A stretch of DNA of 64,000 nt from Dehalococcoidia bacterium (GTDB lineage: Bacteria; Chloroflexota; Dehalococcoidia; Lucifugimonadales; UBA2962). How positions within the stretch are numbered: position 1 is the stretch's first letter; the number at the start of each line of letters is the position of its first letter. Positions 48,135 through 57,462 of this stretch are shown here, piece by piece. The position numbers and the translations under genes are program-made. The stretch lies in contig OZ244723.1 in NCBI GenBank assembly GCA_965219325.1, forward strand, positions 1,981,803 through 2,045,802, in the 5' to 3' direction. The notes beneath the pieces are model-generated. The model was not told where the DNA came from and did no database searches. It saw only the letters and a list, made by a program, of their open reading frames with translations.

Positions 48135-50216
48135 ATGAGGGTCTCTAGCCTGCTGTTCGTCGCTCTTCTACTAGCGGGCTGTTCGACCCTTGGCGAGACG
48201 CCTCGACGGGCTGCGGCCCCGGACATCGACGCGACTGTGCGGGCGAGTGTAGCTGCGGCGCTGCCGACCGAAACGCCCATTCCTACGCCGGATATAGATG
48301 CAACGGTGCAAGCTGCCGTTGCTGCGGCGCTGCCGACCGAAACGCCCGTCCCTACCCCGGACATAAACGCAACGGTCGAAGCACGGATGGCAGCCACTGC
48401 CGCTGCTATGCCCATGCCAACCCTGACCCCGACCGCAGCATCGACTCCCACGCACACGCCCTCTCCGACTCCAACTGCTGCGCCAACTCCCACTCACACG
48501 GCGACGCCGACTCCGACTCACACGCCTACGCCCACGGCCACAGCCACGGCTACACCAACACCGACAGCAACAGCGACACCAACACCAACCAATACGCCCA
48601 TTCCGGACCGGGCAGAGAACTTGGAGGTGGCGGTGAGCGAAATGGTCAAACGGGTGCGGCCCGCCGTTGTCAGGATTTCGAGCACCAGCGGGACCGGGAC
48701 GGGGGTGATCTTCGATACGGTAGGCGATGTGGGCTACGTCGTCACCAACTTCCATGTTGTGGAGGGTCGGCGGTCGGTGAGCGTGACTGTGGGGGACTCG
48801 GTCACACATGACGGCAGAGTTCTGGGTGTGGACACTGTGAGAGATCTGGCCGTGGTCAGCCTCTGCTGTGGCCAGTTCACTTCGCTGGCCTTCGGCGATT
48901 CCTCAGACCTGGATCCCGGCGATGAGGTCGTAAGCATCGGCTACGCTCTGGGCATCCAGGGATCCGCGACGGTCACCAAGGGCATCGTGTCGGCCGTGCG
49001 ATACGATCCCGCCTACCGGGCTCATGTCATACAGGCCGACGCCCCCATCAACCCAGGTAACAGCGGTGGTCCGATGCTGTCCCTAGATGGCCTGGTACTG
49101 GGCATAAACACCTTCAAACACTTCGGAGCCGACGTGGAGGGCCTGGGATTCGCAATATCTGCGGATACCGTGCTTGATCAGATCCCGGTGCTCCGGGCGG
49201 GCACCGAATTGCCGGACCCCGAACCCCCGGTCGTACCGTTACAGGGTGACTCGTGGGGGCCGATGAGTGGCGAGCTAAGGCATGACCCAACCTCCACATT
49301 GATTAATGTTGAATTCGCCGATGCCTGGGTCACAGACATGGTAGTTGAGGCCAGTTTTGTGAATCCCTATGGAGCCTCCGACAATACTTGGGACTACGGC
49401 TTCATCCTGCGAAACAGCCTCGACCGTCCTTTCCTGCAATTCGTGGTCTCAAGCGACCGCCATTGGGTCGTCCTGACTGGACAGGAACCTCCATACGATC
49501 AGATTGCGCGCGGCACTTTCAGCGGCCTCAACACGGGAGCCAGAGGGCGGAACCACCTCATGGTGATCGCCATTGGGGAGCGAGGATGGTTCGTTGTCAA
49601 CGGCGAGCTAATGGCGGCCGCAGGGCTTGAGAGTGCCACGCACAGTGGCGACGTCGCCGTCATGACAGGAGCTTACGAGGGAGATGAGGTTGCTGGAGCG
49701 TCCACCCTCTACGAGGACTTCCAGGGCTACAGTCTCGAGAGACGATACGGTCCTTCTGATGGCACAATCGTGGACGATGAGAGCGGCAACATCAGCGCGC
49801 AACAGAGTGGTGTGTGGACACGGGATGTGGTTGTTGAGGCGGAGTTTGTAAATCCCTCGGATGGGCAATGGGATTATGGGTTTCTAATACGACAACCTGA
49901 ATACAACCGTCTTGAGGTTATCAACTTTGCGAACAACGGATGGTGGTCACATCAAACACGCGATGTGCGTGATTCAGAATACACGGAAGTGGCGTCCGGT
50001 CCACTTGCGAATTCACTGGCCACGCCATCAAGACGCAACCATATGCTATTGATCGCGATCAGAGACGCCGGTTGGCTATTCATCAATGACCAGTTGGTAA
50101 GCAAATTGGACTTGGCGCACAATCAGGCCGAAGGCTACGTCAGCGCCGCCGCCAACTTCTGGCTCGGCCACCGCTCAGAGGTGGACCTTCATAACTTCAC
50201 TGTTTGGAAGCGTTAA
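48135..50216 (+). CDS. Trypsin-like (HtrA/DegP-type, no PDZ) serine protease lipoprotein with two C-terminal beta-sandwich repeats
   Basis: Lipobox LLAGC; PDIDATV repeats; triad TNFHVV, RDLAVV, GNSGGP; duplicated VEA.FVNP...WDYGF..R domain. Confidence 0.88.
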   Translation: MRVSSLLFVALLLAGCSTLGETPRRAAAPDIDATVRASVAAALPTETPIPTPDIDATVQAAVAAALPTETPVPTPDINATVEARMAATAAAMPMPTLTPTAASTPTHTPSPTPTAAPTPTHTATPTPTHTPTPTATATATPTPTATATPTPTNTPIPDRAENLEVAVSEMVKRVRPAVVRISSTSGTGTGVIFDTVGDVGYVVTNFHVVEGRRSVSVTVGDSVTHDGRVLGVDTVRDLAVVSLCCGQFTSLAFGDSSDLDPGDEVVSIGYALGIQGSATVTKGIVSAVRYDPAYRAHVIQADAPINPGNSGGPMLSLDGLVLGINTFKHFGADVEGLGFAISADTVLDQIPVLRAGTELPDPEPPVVPLQGDSWGPMSGELRHDPTSTLINVEFADAWVTDMVVEASFVNPYGASDNTWDYGFILRNSLDRPFLQFVVSSDRHWVVLTGQEPPYDQIARGTFSGLNTGARGRNHLMVIAIGERGWFVVNGELMAAAGLESATHSGDVAVMTGAYEGDEVAGASTLYEDFQGYSLERRYGPSDGTIVDDESGNISAQQSGVWTRDVVVEAEFVNPSDGQWDYGFLIRQPEYNRLEVINFANNGWWSHQTRDVRDSEYTEVASGPLANSLATPSRRNHMLLIAIRDAGWLFINDQLVSKLDLAHNQAEGYVSAAANFWLGHRSEVDLHNFTVWKR

Positions 50217-50398
50217 GAGGCGACGGCCAACGATGTACAACATGAACAGACTGCGCCACTCTCAGATTGTTCCTCAAGGGCTTGGGGAGCTTGCATGCTT
50301 GACCGCCCTCGTGGATGGACCGACCCGCCGCTTAGCACACGCAGACGTGGTGCCCTCCACGGGTATAGTCACTTGATAGGGTAGGGTTCGGGTCAATC

Positions 50399-51058
50399 AT
50401 GGTCGCGAAATTTGACGAATTTGTGAAAGGTGTCTTGCACTGCAAAAGGAGTCAATGCCCTTTCCGTCAGTGTCGCCCTGGAGCGTACCCCAAGTTCTCC
50501 TATGGGAATCCGCAAGCTGAGGTGATGGCAGTTTTCCAGAACCCGGGTCAGCCAATTGGCCAAGAGCTGCGCAGGACCATTGAGACAGTGACGCCTAGCG
50601 AGATGCGGCGATGGGCCAACTCCGGCGTTAGTGGCTGGCTGAAGGAGAACTTAGGCGGCACTTCTATCCTAGAGTATGGCGCACGGCCCTTTCTAGCCTC
50701 GTACTACATAACTCAGGCTTACAGATGTCCCGACCCCATAGATAAGAGGAGGGCAAAACGTTCAGAGGAAGCAAGGCGACACTGCTCAGACTACCTCGAA
50801 CAGGAGATCCAAATTGTCAAACCGAAGGTCATTCTCTGCTTTGGGGCACGGGCATTGAGTAGCGTAAGAGAAATCCTCTCTCCTCGCTGTAGAGCGGAAG
50901 GGATTAAGTCACTGTTTCGTGAGAAGATGGTCTTCGAGTGGTCCGGCATACGAGTGTTCCCATTGGTACATCCCAGCGCGTGCCGAAGAGATCCCAGTAT
51001 GAAGGAGCAATATGTCAGGACACTTCGTTGGTATGTCAGCCAAATTGAGGGAGTGTAG
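50399..51058 (+). CDS. Uracil-DNA glycosylase superfamily protein
   Basis: FQNPG motif A; YRCP; CSDYLEQEI.IVKPKVILCFG; LVHPS motif B; lower GC. Confidence 0.8.
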   Translation: MVAKFDEFVKGVLHCKRSQCPFRQCRPGAYPKFSYGNPQAEVMAVFQNPGQPIGQELRRTIETVTPSEMRRWANSGVSGWLKENLGGTSILEYGARPFLASYYITQAYRCPDPIDKRRAKRSEEARRHCSDYLEQEIQIVKPKVILCFGARALSSVREILSPRCRAEGIKSLFREKMVFEWSGIRVFPLVHPSACRRDPSMKEQYVRTLRWYVSQIEGV

Positions 51059-51295
51059 GCTCCAAGACTTATGTATCCAAACTTCGAGCCTTCTGACTCA
51101 AACGGGTCGTCGCACTGCGACAGTTCACACTCGGTGAGGGGATTGTCCGAGCGTAGGTGGGAAAACCGCTTTACCCCAGGGCGGTGACGGTGTCACACGG
51201 GAGGTGTGAACGCCGTAACCGACCTGCAGCGCCGCTTGCGGGAGGCCGAGACGGGTTCGGCCGAGACGGTGGCCTCCTCAGGATCGGCTGTAGCC

Positions 51296-51950
51296 TCACA
51301 CCCCGCAGTGTCCCTCACATTCGTTGACGAATCCGTCCCTGTCCGCTCCCGGGTCCATTTCCTCCCGATCGAGCCGCACGGCTTCGGCGAGCGGGATTCT
51401 CCGGGGGTGCAGGTAGGGCTCCTTTGCGAAGGCCAGCCTGTCCCTCATGTTGGCGTCGATCTCGACGGCCTCTGCGAACAGCTCCGGCCACCTGCGCATG
51501 GTCTCGACCCACCGCCTGCGCGACTGGTAGGGACAGCCCACGCAGGCCGATCTCTCAAGCGGCCTGTCGTAGCACGCGCCCCAATCATGCCATGCAATCG
51601 CGTCCGGTTATGCCGGCCTTCTTCAGGGGATGGCAGTTGCGAGCCCACCCCGGTCGCGCGAGGTACTAGTGGGGCTGAACTCTTCCGTGGATGTCCTAAG
51701 CCAGGGCTCCATCGCGGTACCTGCGGGGACCCGGCGGCCAAGGCGCACCCCCAATAGCTCGTGTATCTTGATCCTGATGAGCCTGACCCTGTAGTTGGGT
51801 GGTGCAGAGGTTCCGCAAAATGCCATTGCTCTTTTCGTGACTGCGACTGGGGCGGCCACTGGGGTGACCATCTCTTTGGCGCTGGTAGTCCACGACTAGG
51901 TTCGGGAGTGCCAAGGCGGACGGCCGTCCACTTGTTCGGGTTCAAATCGG
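51296..51950 (-). pseudogene. Multiply frameshifted PAPS-reductase-like (mobile-element type) gene
   Basis: Fragments in different frames: IKIHELLG..RRVPAG, HPLKKAGIT.RDC, ERSACVGCPY, YLHP, FVNECEGHCGV. Confidence 0.65.
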
Positions 51951-52084
51951 CAGGCGGCTAATTCTTCTCGAATCTCTCGTCTAGCAACCTGACCGGAAGG
52001 AGTAGAACGATGGCTAACGCAGGGTATTCGGCATCCGGCTCGGCTAAAGTCACTCTCAGGCCCGCCCATGAGTGGGCTAGGAAG

Positions 52085-52648
52085 ATGGCTGAAGTCAAAA
52101 GGAACGGTAGCAAGGTTGCTAGGCGCATGCGGGAGGAGGGGAGGCGGTTTGAGATAGAAGTGCTGGCCCCTGAGGAGATTAGGGAGGGGGACACGGTTCC
52201 CCTCGGTGCGGTCATCCTCTATCCCAACTGGAAGATTGCTACTAGGCTGGACATGGTGGAACCGGCGAGAGAATTGATTAGTCGGGCCTACACCATTGAA
52301 TCCCTCGACCCGGCTCTGCCGACTGTCCTGAGGGCGGTCATCGAGGGCAAAGGGCTGTACGAACACAGCATCGGGGAGTTCTTTGAACTGTTCGGTAGAT
52401 TCCTTGGCAAGTACGGATTGGCCAAGCAGGACGAGGTCAGAGACAGGATGACGTCCTTGGTGGACGGTGACCGAAGGTACCTAAAGGCGTACATGGCTCG
52501 GGGTAAATCTGAACTCCATCCCCTGCCATTTGCGGTCAGGAATATCCTGGCTCATCCCGAAAACAAGGCTAACGCTCTTGATCCCAAGGGCGAAGAACTG
52601 AGAAAGTCCATAGAATTGCTCCGGGCGTGGTTGGCTCTAAAGAAGTAG
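52085..52648 (+). CDS. Hypothetical protein with a HEPN-like RxxxxH motif
   Basis: LPFAVRNILAHPEN...ELRKSIELLR. Confidence 0.6.
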   Translation: MAEVKRNGSKVARRMREEGRRFEIEVLAPEEIREGDTVPLGAVILYPNWKIATRLDMVEPARELISRAYTIESLDPALPTVLRAVIEGKGLYEHSIGEFFELFGRFLGKYGLAKQDEVRDRMTSLVDGDRRYLKAYMARGKSELHPLPFAVRNILAHPENKANALDPKGEELRKSIELLRAWLALKK

Positions 52649-52754
52649 CTTGCAAAAGCCGAGGGATCGACCCGGGCGCTAGCCAGCGTCGGCAGCGCTG
52701 GCCATCAGGACCATGACTGGTTGCCGCGGCCGAGTCCGATAATGATGAGATCCG

Positions 52755-53027
52755 TCACCGATCCTCGCCGCCGCCGACATCTACCTCGGGCAGCAGGATA
52801 TGCAGCATGTCCATCCGCGCGGCCAGGCTGAACAGCGAATAGAGGTTGCCCGGACCCGGCCGTGTACCGTTCTTCCAGCGCCGTACCACGCGGGGGTCCG
52901 TCCGCAGCATCCGGGCAAGGCCCCGCCACGACAGTCCGGCCGCCTCCTTCAGCTGCTCGAGCCGCTCCGGGAAGTCGCGGGGAAGCTCCGATCGCTCCCG
53001 GCGGTAGACGCATCTCTGGCGACCCAT
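52755..53027 (-). CDS. Small XRE/Cro-like HTH protein D
   Basis: PRDFPERLEQLKEAAGLSWRGLARML..VRRWKNG.RP. Confidence 0.8.
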   Translation of the reverse strand: MGRQRCVYRRERSELPRDFPERLEQLKEAAGLSWRGLARMLRTDPRVVRRWKNGTRPGPGNLYSLFSLAARMDMLHILLPEVDVGGGEDR

Positions 53028-53031
53028 GGCC

Positions 53032-53295
53032 CTATGACTCCCCGCCGCCTTCCCGGATCCCCTCACCGAACAGCGCGTCGGTGCCTCCGGGAACCCGTGA
53101 GGCAAGAGTGCGCAGGGCGGTCATCCCGCGATCGTTCGGGCGGACGCCGGAGCGCCAGCGAAACACCTGCTCGTGCCTGACCCCGATCATCCTGGCGAAG
53201 GCGACCCACGACAGCCCGGTGAGCGACCTGAGGTGGTCGAGTCGCCGCGGGAAATCCGGCGGCAGGCGTTCGTCCATGGACCCCGCGTCATTCAT
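53032..53295 (-). CDS. Small XRE/Cro-like HTH protein C
   Basis: PPDFPRRLDHLRSLTGLSWVAFARMIG..VFRWRSG.RP. Confidence 0.8.
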   Translation of the reverse strand: MNDAGSMDERLPPDFPRRLDHLRSLTGLSWVAFARMIGVRHEQVFRWRSGVRPNDRGMTALRTLASRVPGGTDALFGEGIREGGGES

Positions 53296-53594
53296 CGCCC
53301 GGCATCCTCCCCCCGCCTGCGCGTTTCGAACGGCTCCTCGCCCAGGAGCGCCCTGAGCCCCCCGGGGACCATGACGGCCATCCGGCAGATGGCGAGCATG
53401 GGTCCCCCGCTGGGATGGGCTCCCCTGCGCCACCGAAGGACCTGCCTGCAGTCGACGCCGAGGCAGGCCGCGAATCCCTCCCATGAAAGCCCGGAGGCCT
53501 CCTTGAGCACGCACAGTCGCCGGGGGAAGTCGTCCGGCATCAGCGCGACGCCGGGCGTGAAGAGGGCACGGGAGGATGTGCGCTCAGCTCTCAT
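53292..53594 (-). CDS. Small XRE/Cro-like HTH protein B
   Basis: PDDFPRRLCVLKEASGLSWEGFAACLG..VLRWRRG.HP. Confidence 0.8.
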   Translation of the reverse strand: MRAERTSSRALFTPGVALMPDDFPRRLCVLKEASGLSWEGFAACLGVDCRQVLRWRRGAHPSGGPMLAICRMAVMVPGGLRALLGEEPFETRRRGEDAGR

Positions 53595-53841
53595 CGATGA
53601 GAGTCTCCTTGCAGTGCTCGATCACGAAGATGTCACTGAAAGTGACGCCCAGCACCTCTACGAGACGCTGCATGGTCTCGATGGATGGGCTGCGCTTTCG
53701 GTTCACCAGTTGCGACAGATAGGCCCCGGTGATGCCGGCCCTGCGTGCGAGCTCGTTCTGGGAGATGCCCCTCGCGCGCAGCAGCTCCCACAGTGCGTCG
53801 GCGTCGATCCATACCCTGAGCGGGCGGTGCTCAGGCCGCAT
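53584..53841 (-). CDS. XRE/Cro-like HTH protein A
   Basis: RGISQNELARRAGITGAYLSQLVNRKRSPS. Confidence 0.85.
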   Translation of the reverse strand: MRPEHRPLRVWIDADALWELLRARGISQNELARRAGITGAYLSQLVNRKRSPSIETMQRLVEVLGVTFSDIFVIEHCKETLIDES

Positions 53842-54110
53842 GGCGGCGGTCGTCCTCGACGGCCTGCCCCCCTCCGGGCGGTCTTGCAGCGTGAAGCCCT
53901 CTCGGCCTCGCTGGCGCCCATGTGGGACTCGGCAATCATGGGCGCCAGCGCGTCGAGGCCCCGATCGGGCAGTTCCTCCTGCCCTAATGTCTGCTGTATG
54001 TCGTCCGGCAGCGGTCAATTCCTTGGCGATGGGGCCGGACCGGCGTCCCGCGGTTGTGCGCATGGGCACATGAGCGATATACTGGCAACGCCTCGTGGAA
54101 CAATAGTTCT

Positions 54111-54210
54111 AGTGCTTGCCAGACTGTAGCAATCGGTGCTAACTAATGGCAAGGGTTTGCGGGGCATATCCGGGCACGTCGGCCCAAAGTGCTAGCAGCG
54201 AGCTAGTGCC
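54111..54210. promoter_or_regulatory. Divergent switch region with operator-like repeats
   Basis: agtgcttgcc, ggtgctaact, aagtgctagcagc, agctagtgcc; possible leftward TTGCCA-N18-TACAGT promoter. Confidence 0.55.
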
Positions 54211-54228
54211 GATTGTTTATCTACAGCC

Positions 54229-54633
54229 ATGACTGACACCGCAGACGAGAGGCAGGGCCTGGGCAGCCTGCTGCGCGAGCTGCGTGGCGCGATGAGCCTT
54301 AGGGAGGTCCGCCGCCACACGGGCATCTCCGACCCCTACCTGTCGCAGATAGAGAAGGGTCAGCGGAGGCCCGGCCCCCGGGTCCTTAAGCGCCTGGCCG
54401 CGCTGTACGCCGTCGATGTGCACGACCTGCTCAGGCGTGCGGGTCACCTCGACTACGAGGGTGAGAAGCCGGACGTTGACCAGAACCTGGAGATTGAGCG
54501 GGCCTACCAATACGTGCTGTCCGACCCGCGGTTTCGGATGGGAACCAGGCCCAGCGGACCCCTGTCGGAGGAGGCCAAGCGCTTCATAGTCGAGATGTAC
54601 GAGCGATTCACTGGCAAGAGGCTGCTCGATTGA
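54229..54633 (+). CDS. ImmR/CI-like XRE repressor
   Basis: LRELRGAMSLREV...GISDPYLSQIEKGQR.P; directly upstream of an ImmA-like gene. Confidence 0.85.
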   Translation: MTDTADERQGLGSLLRELRGAMSLREVRRHTGISDPYLSQIEKGQRRPGPRVLKRLAALYAVDVHDLLRRAGHLDYEGEKPDVDQNLEIERAYQYVLSDPRFRMGTRPSGPLSEEAKRFIVEMYERFTGKRLLD

Positions 54634-54665
54634 GGGCCACGCTGGGGCGGTTCCGCGATCACGTG

Positions 54666-55682
54666 ATGGCCGGATCGTCCAGTCGCAGGAGCCTGGAGGC
54701 GGAATATGCGGCGGCGGAGTTCGTGCGGTTCTACGGCATGTCTGCGCGTCCGGACCTGGAGGAGATCAAGGGCCTGCTGGCGGAGATCGGCGCGGGCTCG
54801 ATCGTCGCGAGGCGTCTGCCGGATGGACTCCGGGGCGCGCACGTGCCCATGGCCGACGGCGGGTACGTCATCCACCACCTTCCTGACGACTGGAGGGGCG
54901 GGATAGAGCACACGCTGCTGCACGAGATCTACGAGATCACCCACGAGACCGAGGGCGAGGGCCACGGAGGTCCGGAGACGATCGCGCGGGTGTGCAACGA
55001 GGCCAACCGGTTCGCGGCGGCGGTGCTGATGCAGCGGGAGCCGTTCGAGGTGTTTACCATGGCGACGGGTCTGGATGTGATTGCACTCCGGGGGCAGTTC
55101 CAGCGTTCGTACCGGTCGGTGGCGCTGCGACTGGGGGAGGTGATGAGTCACCAGCCGCTGCTGGCGGTCCTCTATGAGCGGAGGGAACAGGGTGACCCGT
55201 CGTCCTGGTGCTCCGCTCCTGAGGCCAGCGATTTCAGGGCATCGGTGGTCGTTAGGACGCCCGGGTTCGGAATCCGGAGTTCGCGGATGCTCTGCGGGGT
55301 GAGGGGAGGAATGCCCCGGTGGGGCACCGTACCGTACATCGGGTCGATGGCCGCCCGGGTATCTCTGGCCGGTGGGTTCGGTTACGGCGAGGAGGAGCCC
55401 GGCGGCGGTGATGGCGATGTCGCGGTGGCGGCGAGGGCCGTCACCTGGTACGGACGCATCGCGAAGGTTGCGGTCGTCGCGGTCCCGTACGGCGACCGGC
55501 ATGTCCTGTCGCCCCAACTGACAGGGCTCGCCCGCTCCCGATCTGGACGCGTCCGCAGTCGTCGGCTGGTGCGCGGTCACGGGGAGGCGAGACCTCGAGA
55601 TGCGTCTGCAGGGGACGAGTGCGCCGAGGGGCGCGGCGCTGCTGCGTGGGCAAGTTCCGCTTCGTTCCCGACGTCCATATAG
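54666..55682 (+). CDS. ImmA/IrrE-family metallopeptidase (anti-repressor), HExxE variant
   Basis: HTLLHEIYE, then CNEANRFAAAVLM; long C-terminal domain. Confidence 0.8.
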   Translation: MAGSSSRRSLEAEYAAAEFVRFYGMSARPDLEEIKGLLAEIGAGSIVARRLPDGLRGAHVPMADGGYVIHHLPDDWRGGIEHTLLHEIYEITHETEGEGHGGPETIARVCNEANRFAAAVLMQREPFEVFTMATGLDVIALRGQFQRSYRSVALRLGEVMSHQPLLAVLYERREQGDPSSWCSAPEASDFRASVVVRTPGFGIRSSRMLCGVRGGMPRWGTVPYIGSMAARVSLAGGFGYGEEEPGGGDGDVAVAARAVTWYGRIAKVAVVAVPYGDRHVLSPQLTGLARSRSGRVRSRRLVRGHGEARPRDASAGDECAEGRGAAAWASSASFPTSI

Positions 55683-55789
55683 GGATGTGGCATCACTCAA
55701 ACAGTCCATCAGGATTTTGAATGGGCAATCCTGAACATCTGAAGCCAGCGACGCTGTACGGGAGGGTGTAGCGCGGCCAATTCAGCATT

Positions 55790-56266
55790 ATCTCTCTTCG
55801 GAGGTCGCTCCTGTGCTCATATGCCCCCGCGACCCTGCAGTTGGGAGAGGTATGGAATGTACAGCCTCTGCTTGCGGTGCTGCATAAGGGTAGGGAACGC
55901 GGCAGGCCGTCGTAATGGTGCCTTGCACAGGAGGCCAGGGACTTCAGAGCGTCAGTGGTAGTGAGGACGCCTAGTTTTGGAGTACGTGACTCTCGGATTC
56001 TATGCGGCGCCAGGGGCTCCATGCCGCGCCGGGGAAGCATGCCGTACCTGGGATCAATGGCATCCCAAGTCGCCCTCAATGGCGGGACAGGCTACGCCGA
56101 GATGCGGCCGGACAAGGATGGCGGCAGGGTAGGGGACTTCGCAGTTACGGCAAGGCCGGTCAAGTGGGCCGGCAGCGTCGCGAAGGTGGCGGTCGTAGCC
56201 GTCCCATACTGTGACCGACACGTCCTTTCCCCACAGTTGACCGGAACCCACAGGTCCCAATACTAG
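55790..56266 (+). pseudogene. Degenerate second copy of the ImmA-like C-terminal region
   Basis: LGEV..QPLLAVL, an internal stop, then VVRTP.FG.R.SR.LCG.RG.MPR...AKVAVVAVPY.DRHVLSPQLTG. Confidence 0.8.
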
Positions 56267-56697
56267 TGATCACAACAGATGGGGCAGTTGCCAGAGGGCC
56301 CACTTCACTTCTAAGGCTTCATGCTCACCTTCCAGGGCCAAACTGGGTTCAGGATAACGCTGTGCCCAGCGGCTCGGCGACAGCAGGACTGCATCCCTCT
56401 TGCCTCCTATTGATCGGCCCTCCACTGGCGATTGATGAATACTGCCGATCGTCGACAATCGCTTACTAGGTCGGCTAAGTTGGAGTCGCTACTGCGGGAC
56501 CTTTCTCCTTCTTCGCTTGCTCGGGACTGTGCTTGCGTCTTGCCCACGTTCATCTCTATCCGCCTGTGCACCACCGTGCAGACGTTCCCCAACGCATCCA
56601 TTCCGACAACCTTTCACACGGTCAAGTGCTCGGATTTGTAACAACTCTTCGGAGGCCATGGTAGGATCAGAACATCTGAGTCAGAGCCGAGGTCGAC

Positions 56698-56964
56698 GTG
56701 GGTGAGTCAAGGGCAGAGCGACGCAGAAAGGGTAAACAAGCCCAAAGAGGAGATGCGATCAATACGGGGCAGTTCAGAGCACCGTGTGGAGATCTAGTGG
56801 TATACGCAACGCAAATACCGGCTTCGCGGCGTGAATGGATTCGCGTTTTCTCTCTGCTGGACCATTTACCAGGCACAAACGCAGGCGGTGACTGTTCCAA
56901 ACCCGAGGCTTGCGGGGCCGAAGTGGACCGCCTCAGCCATGAACTTGGTATCGACGGTGTGTAA
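56698..56964 (+). CDS. Hypothetical protein
   Basis: 88-aa ORF, GTG start, co-oriented with downstream genes. Confidence 0.3.
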   Translation: MGESRAERRRKGKQAQRGDAINTGQFRAPCGDLVVYATQIPASRREWIRVFSLLDHLPGTNAGGDCSKPEACGAEVDRLSHELGIDGV

Positions 56965-57005
56965 CCAAGCAATTGGGCCACAATGCGGAGGCGCGGAGGA
57001 GTCAA

Positions 57006-57458
57006 ATGGCCGATTCGGAACTCCTTAGGCCATCACGGGTCGCGAAGATGGAACGTGATGTTCTTCAAGCGATTAGTGATTTGGGCCCATTTACACCCCT
57101 TCCTACAACGCCAGAGCAATTTTCACCCGCATTCCGCCGACTTCGCGAGACTTACTCTGAAGAGCATGAACAACGTCAACTGACGGTTGTTGTTAACCAC
57201 CTCGTACAAGATCGGTACCTCTACCCTCGGTGGAATCGAGGTCACAACCCCGTTGCTGATGGATATGCCAGCGGCATAACGGCAGCGGGCAGGAAGAGGC
57301 TTGAAGAGCTTCGCCACACAACAAGGACCTGGCTTAAGCGGAATTGGTTCGCTGTAAGCATCGCCGTAATCACAGCCTTTGCGGCGTTGGCAGGCGTTGC
57401 GATCGGGTCGCTAGATTTGGCCATCTCGAGCGGAACGGAGATCCGGCCAGCCGATTAG
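57006..57458 (+). CDS. Winged-helix-like protein with a C-terminal TM helix
   Basis: SD ggaggag; GITAAGRKRL wing motif; hydrophobic C-terminus. Confidence 0.65.
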   Translation: MADSELLRPSRVAKMERDVLQAISDLGPFTPLPTTPEQFSPAFRRLRETYSEEHEQRQLTVVVNHLVQDRYLYPRWNRGHNPVADGYASGITAAGRKRLEELRHTTRTWLKRNWFAVSIAVITAFAALAGVAIGSLDLAISSGTEIRPAD

Positions 57459-57462
57459 GGAC

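Larger units (their letters stand above)
22221..56266. mobile_element. Integrative conjugative element backbone (ends not defined; the 1-22 kb cargo is probably part of the same composite island)
   Basis: Co-located VirB4, VirD4, VirB6, pilins, PrgI, relaxase, primase, helicase, SSB and an ImmR/ImmA-like pair; no integrase in the window. Confidence 0.85.

Noticed and set aside
46390-48600. Short periodic ACGCCG/ACACC repeats
   Set aside because: They encode Pro/Thr linkers inside lipoprotein ORFs; no constant repeat with unique spacers
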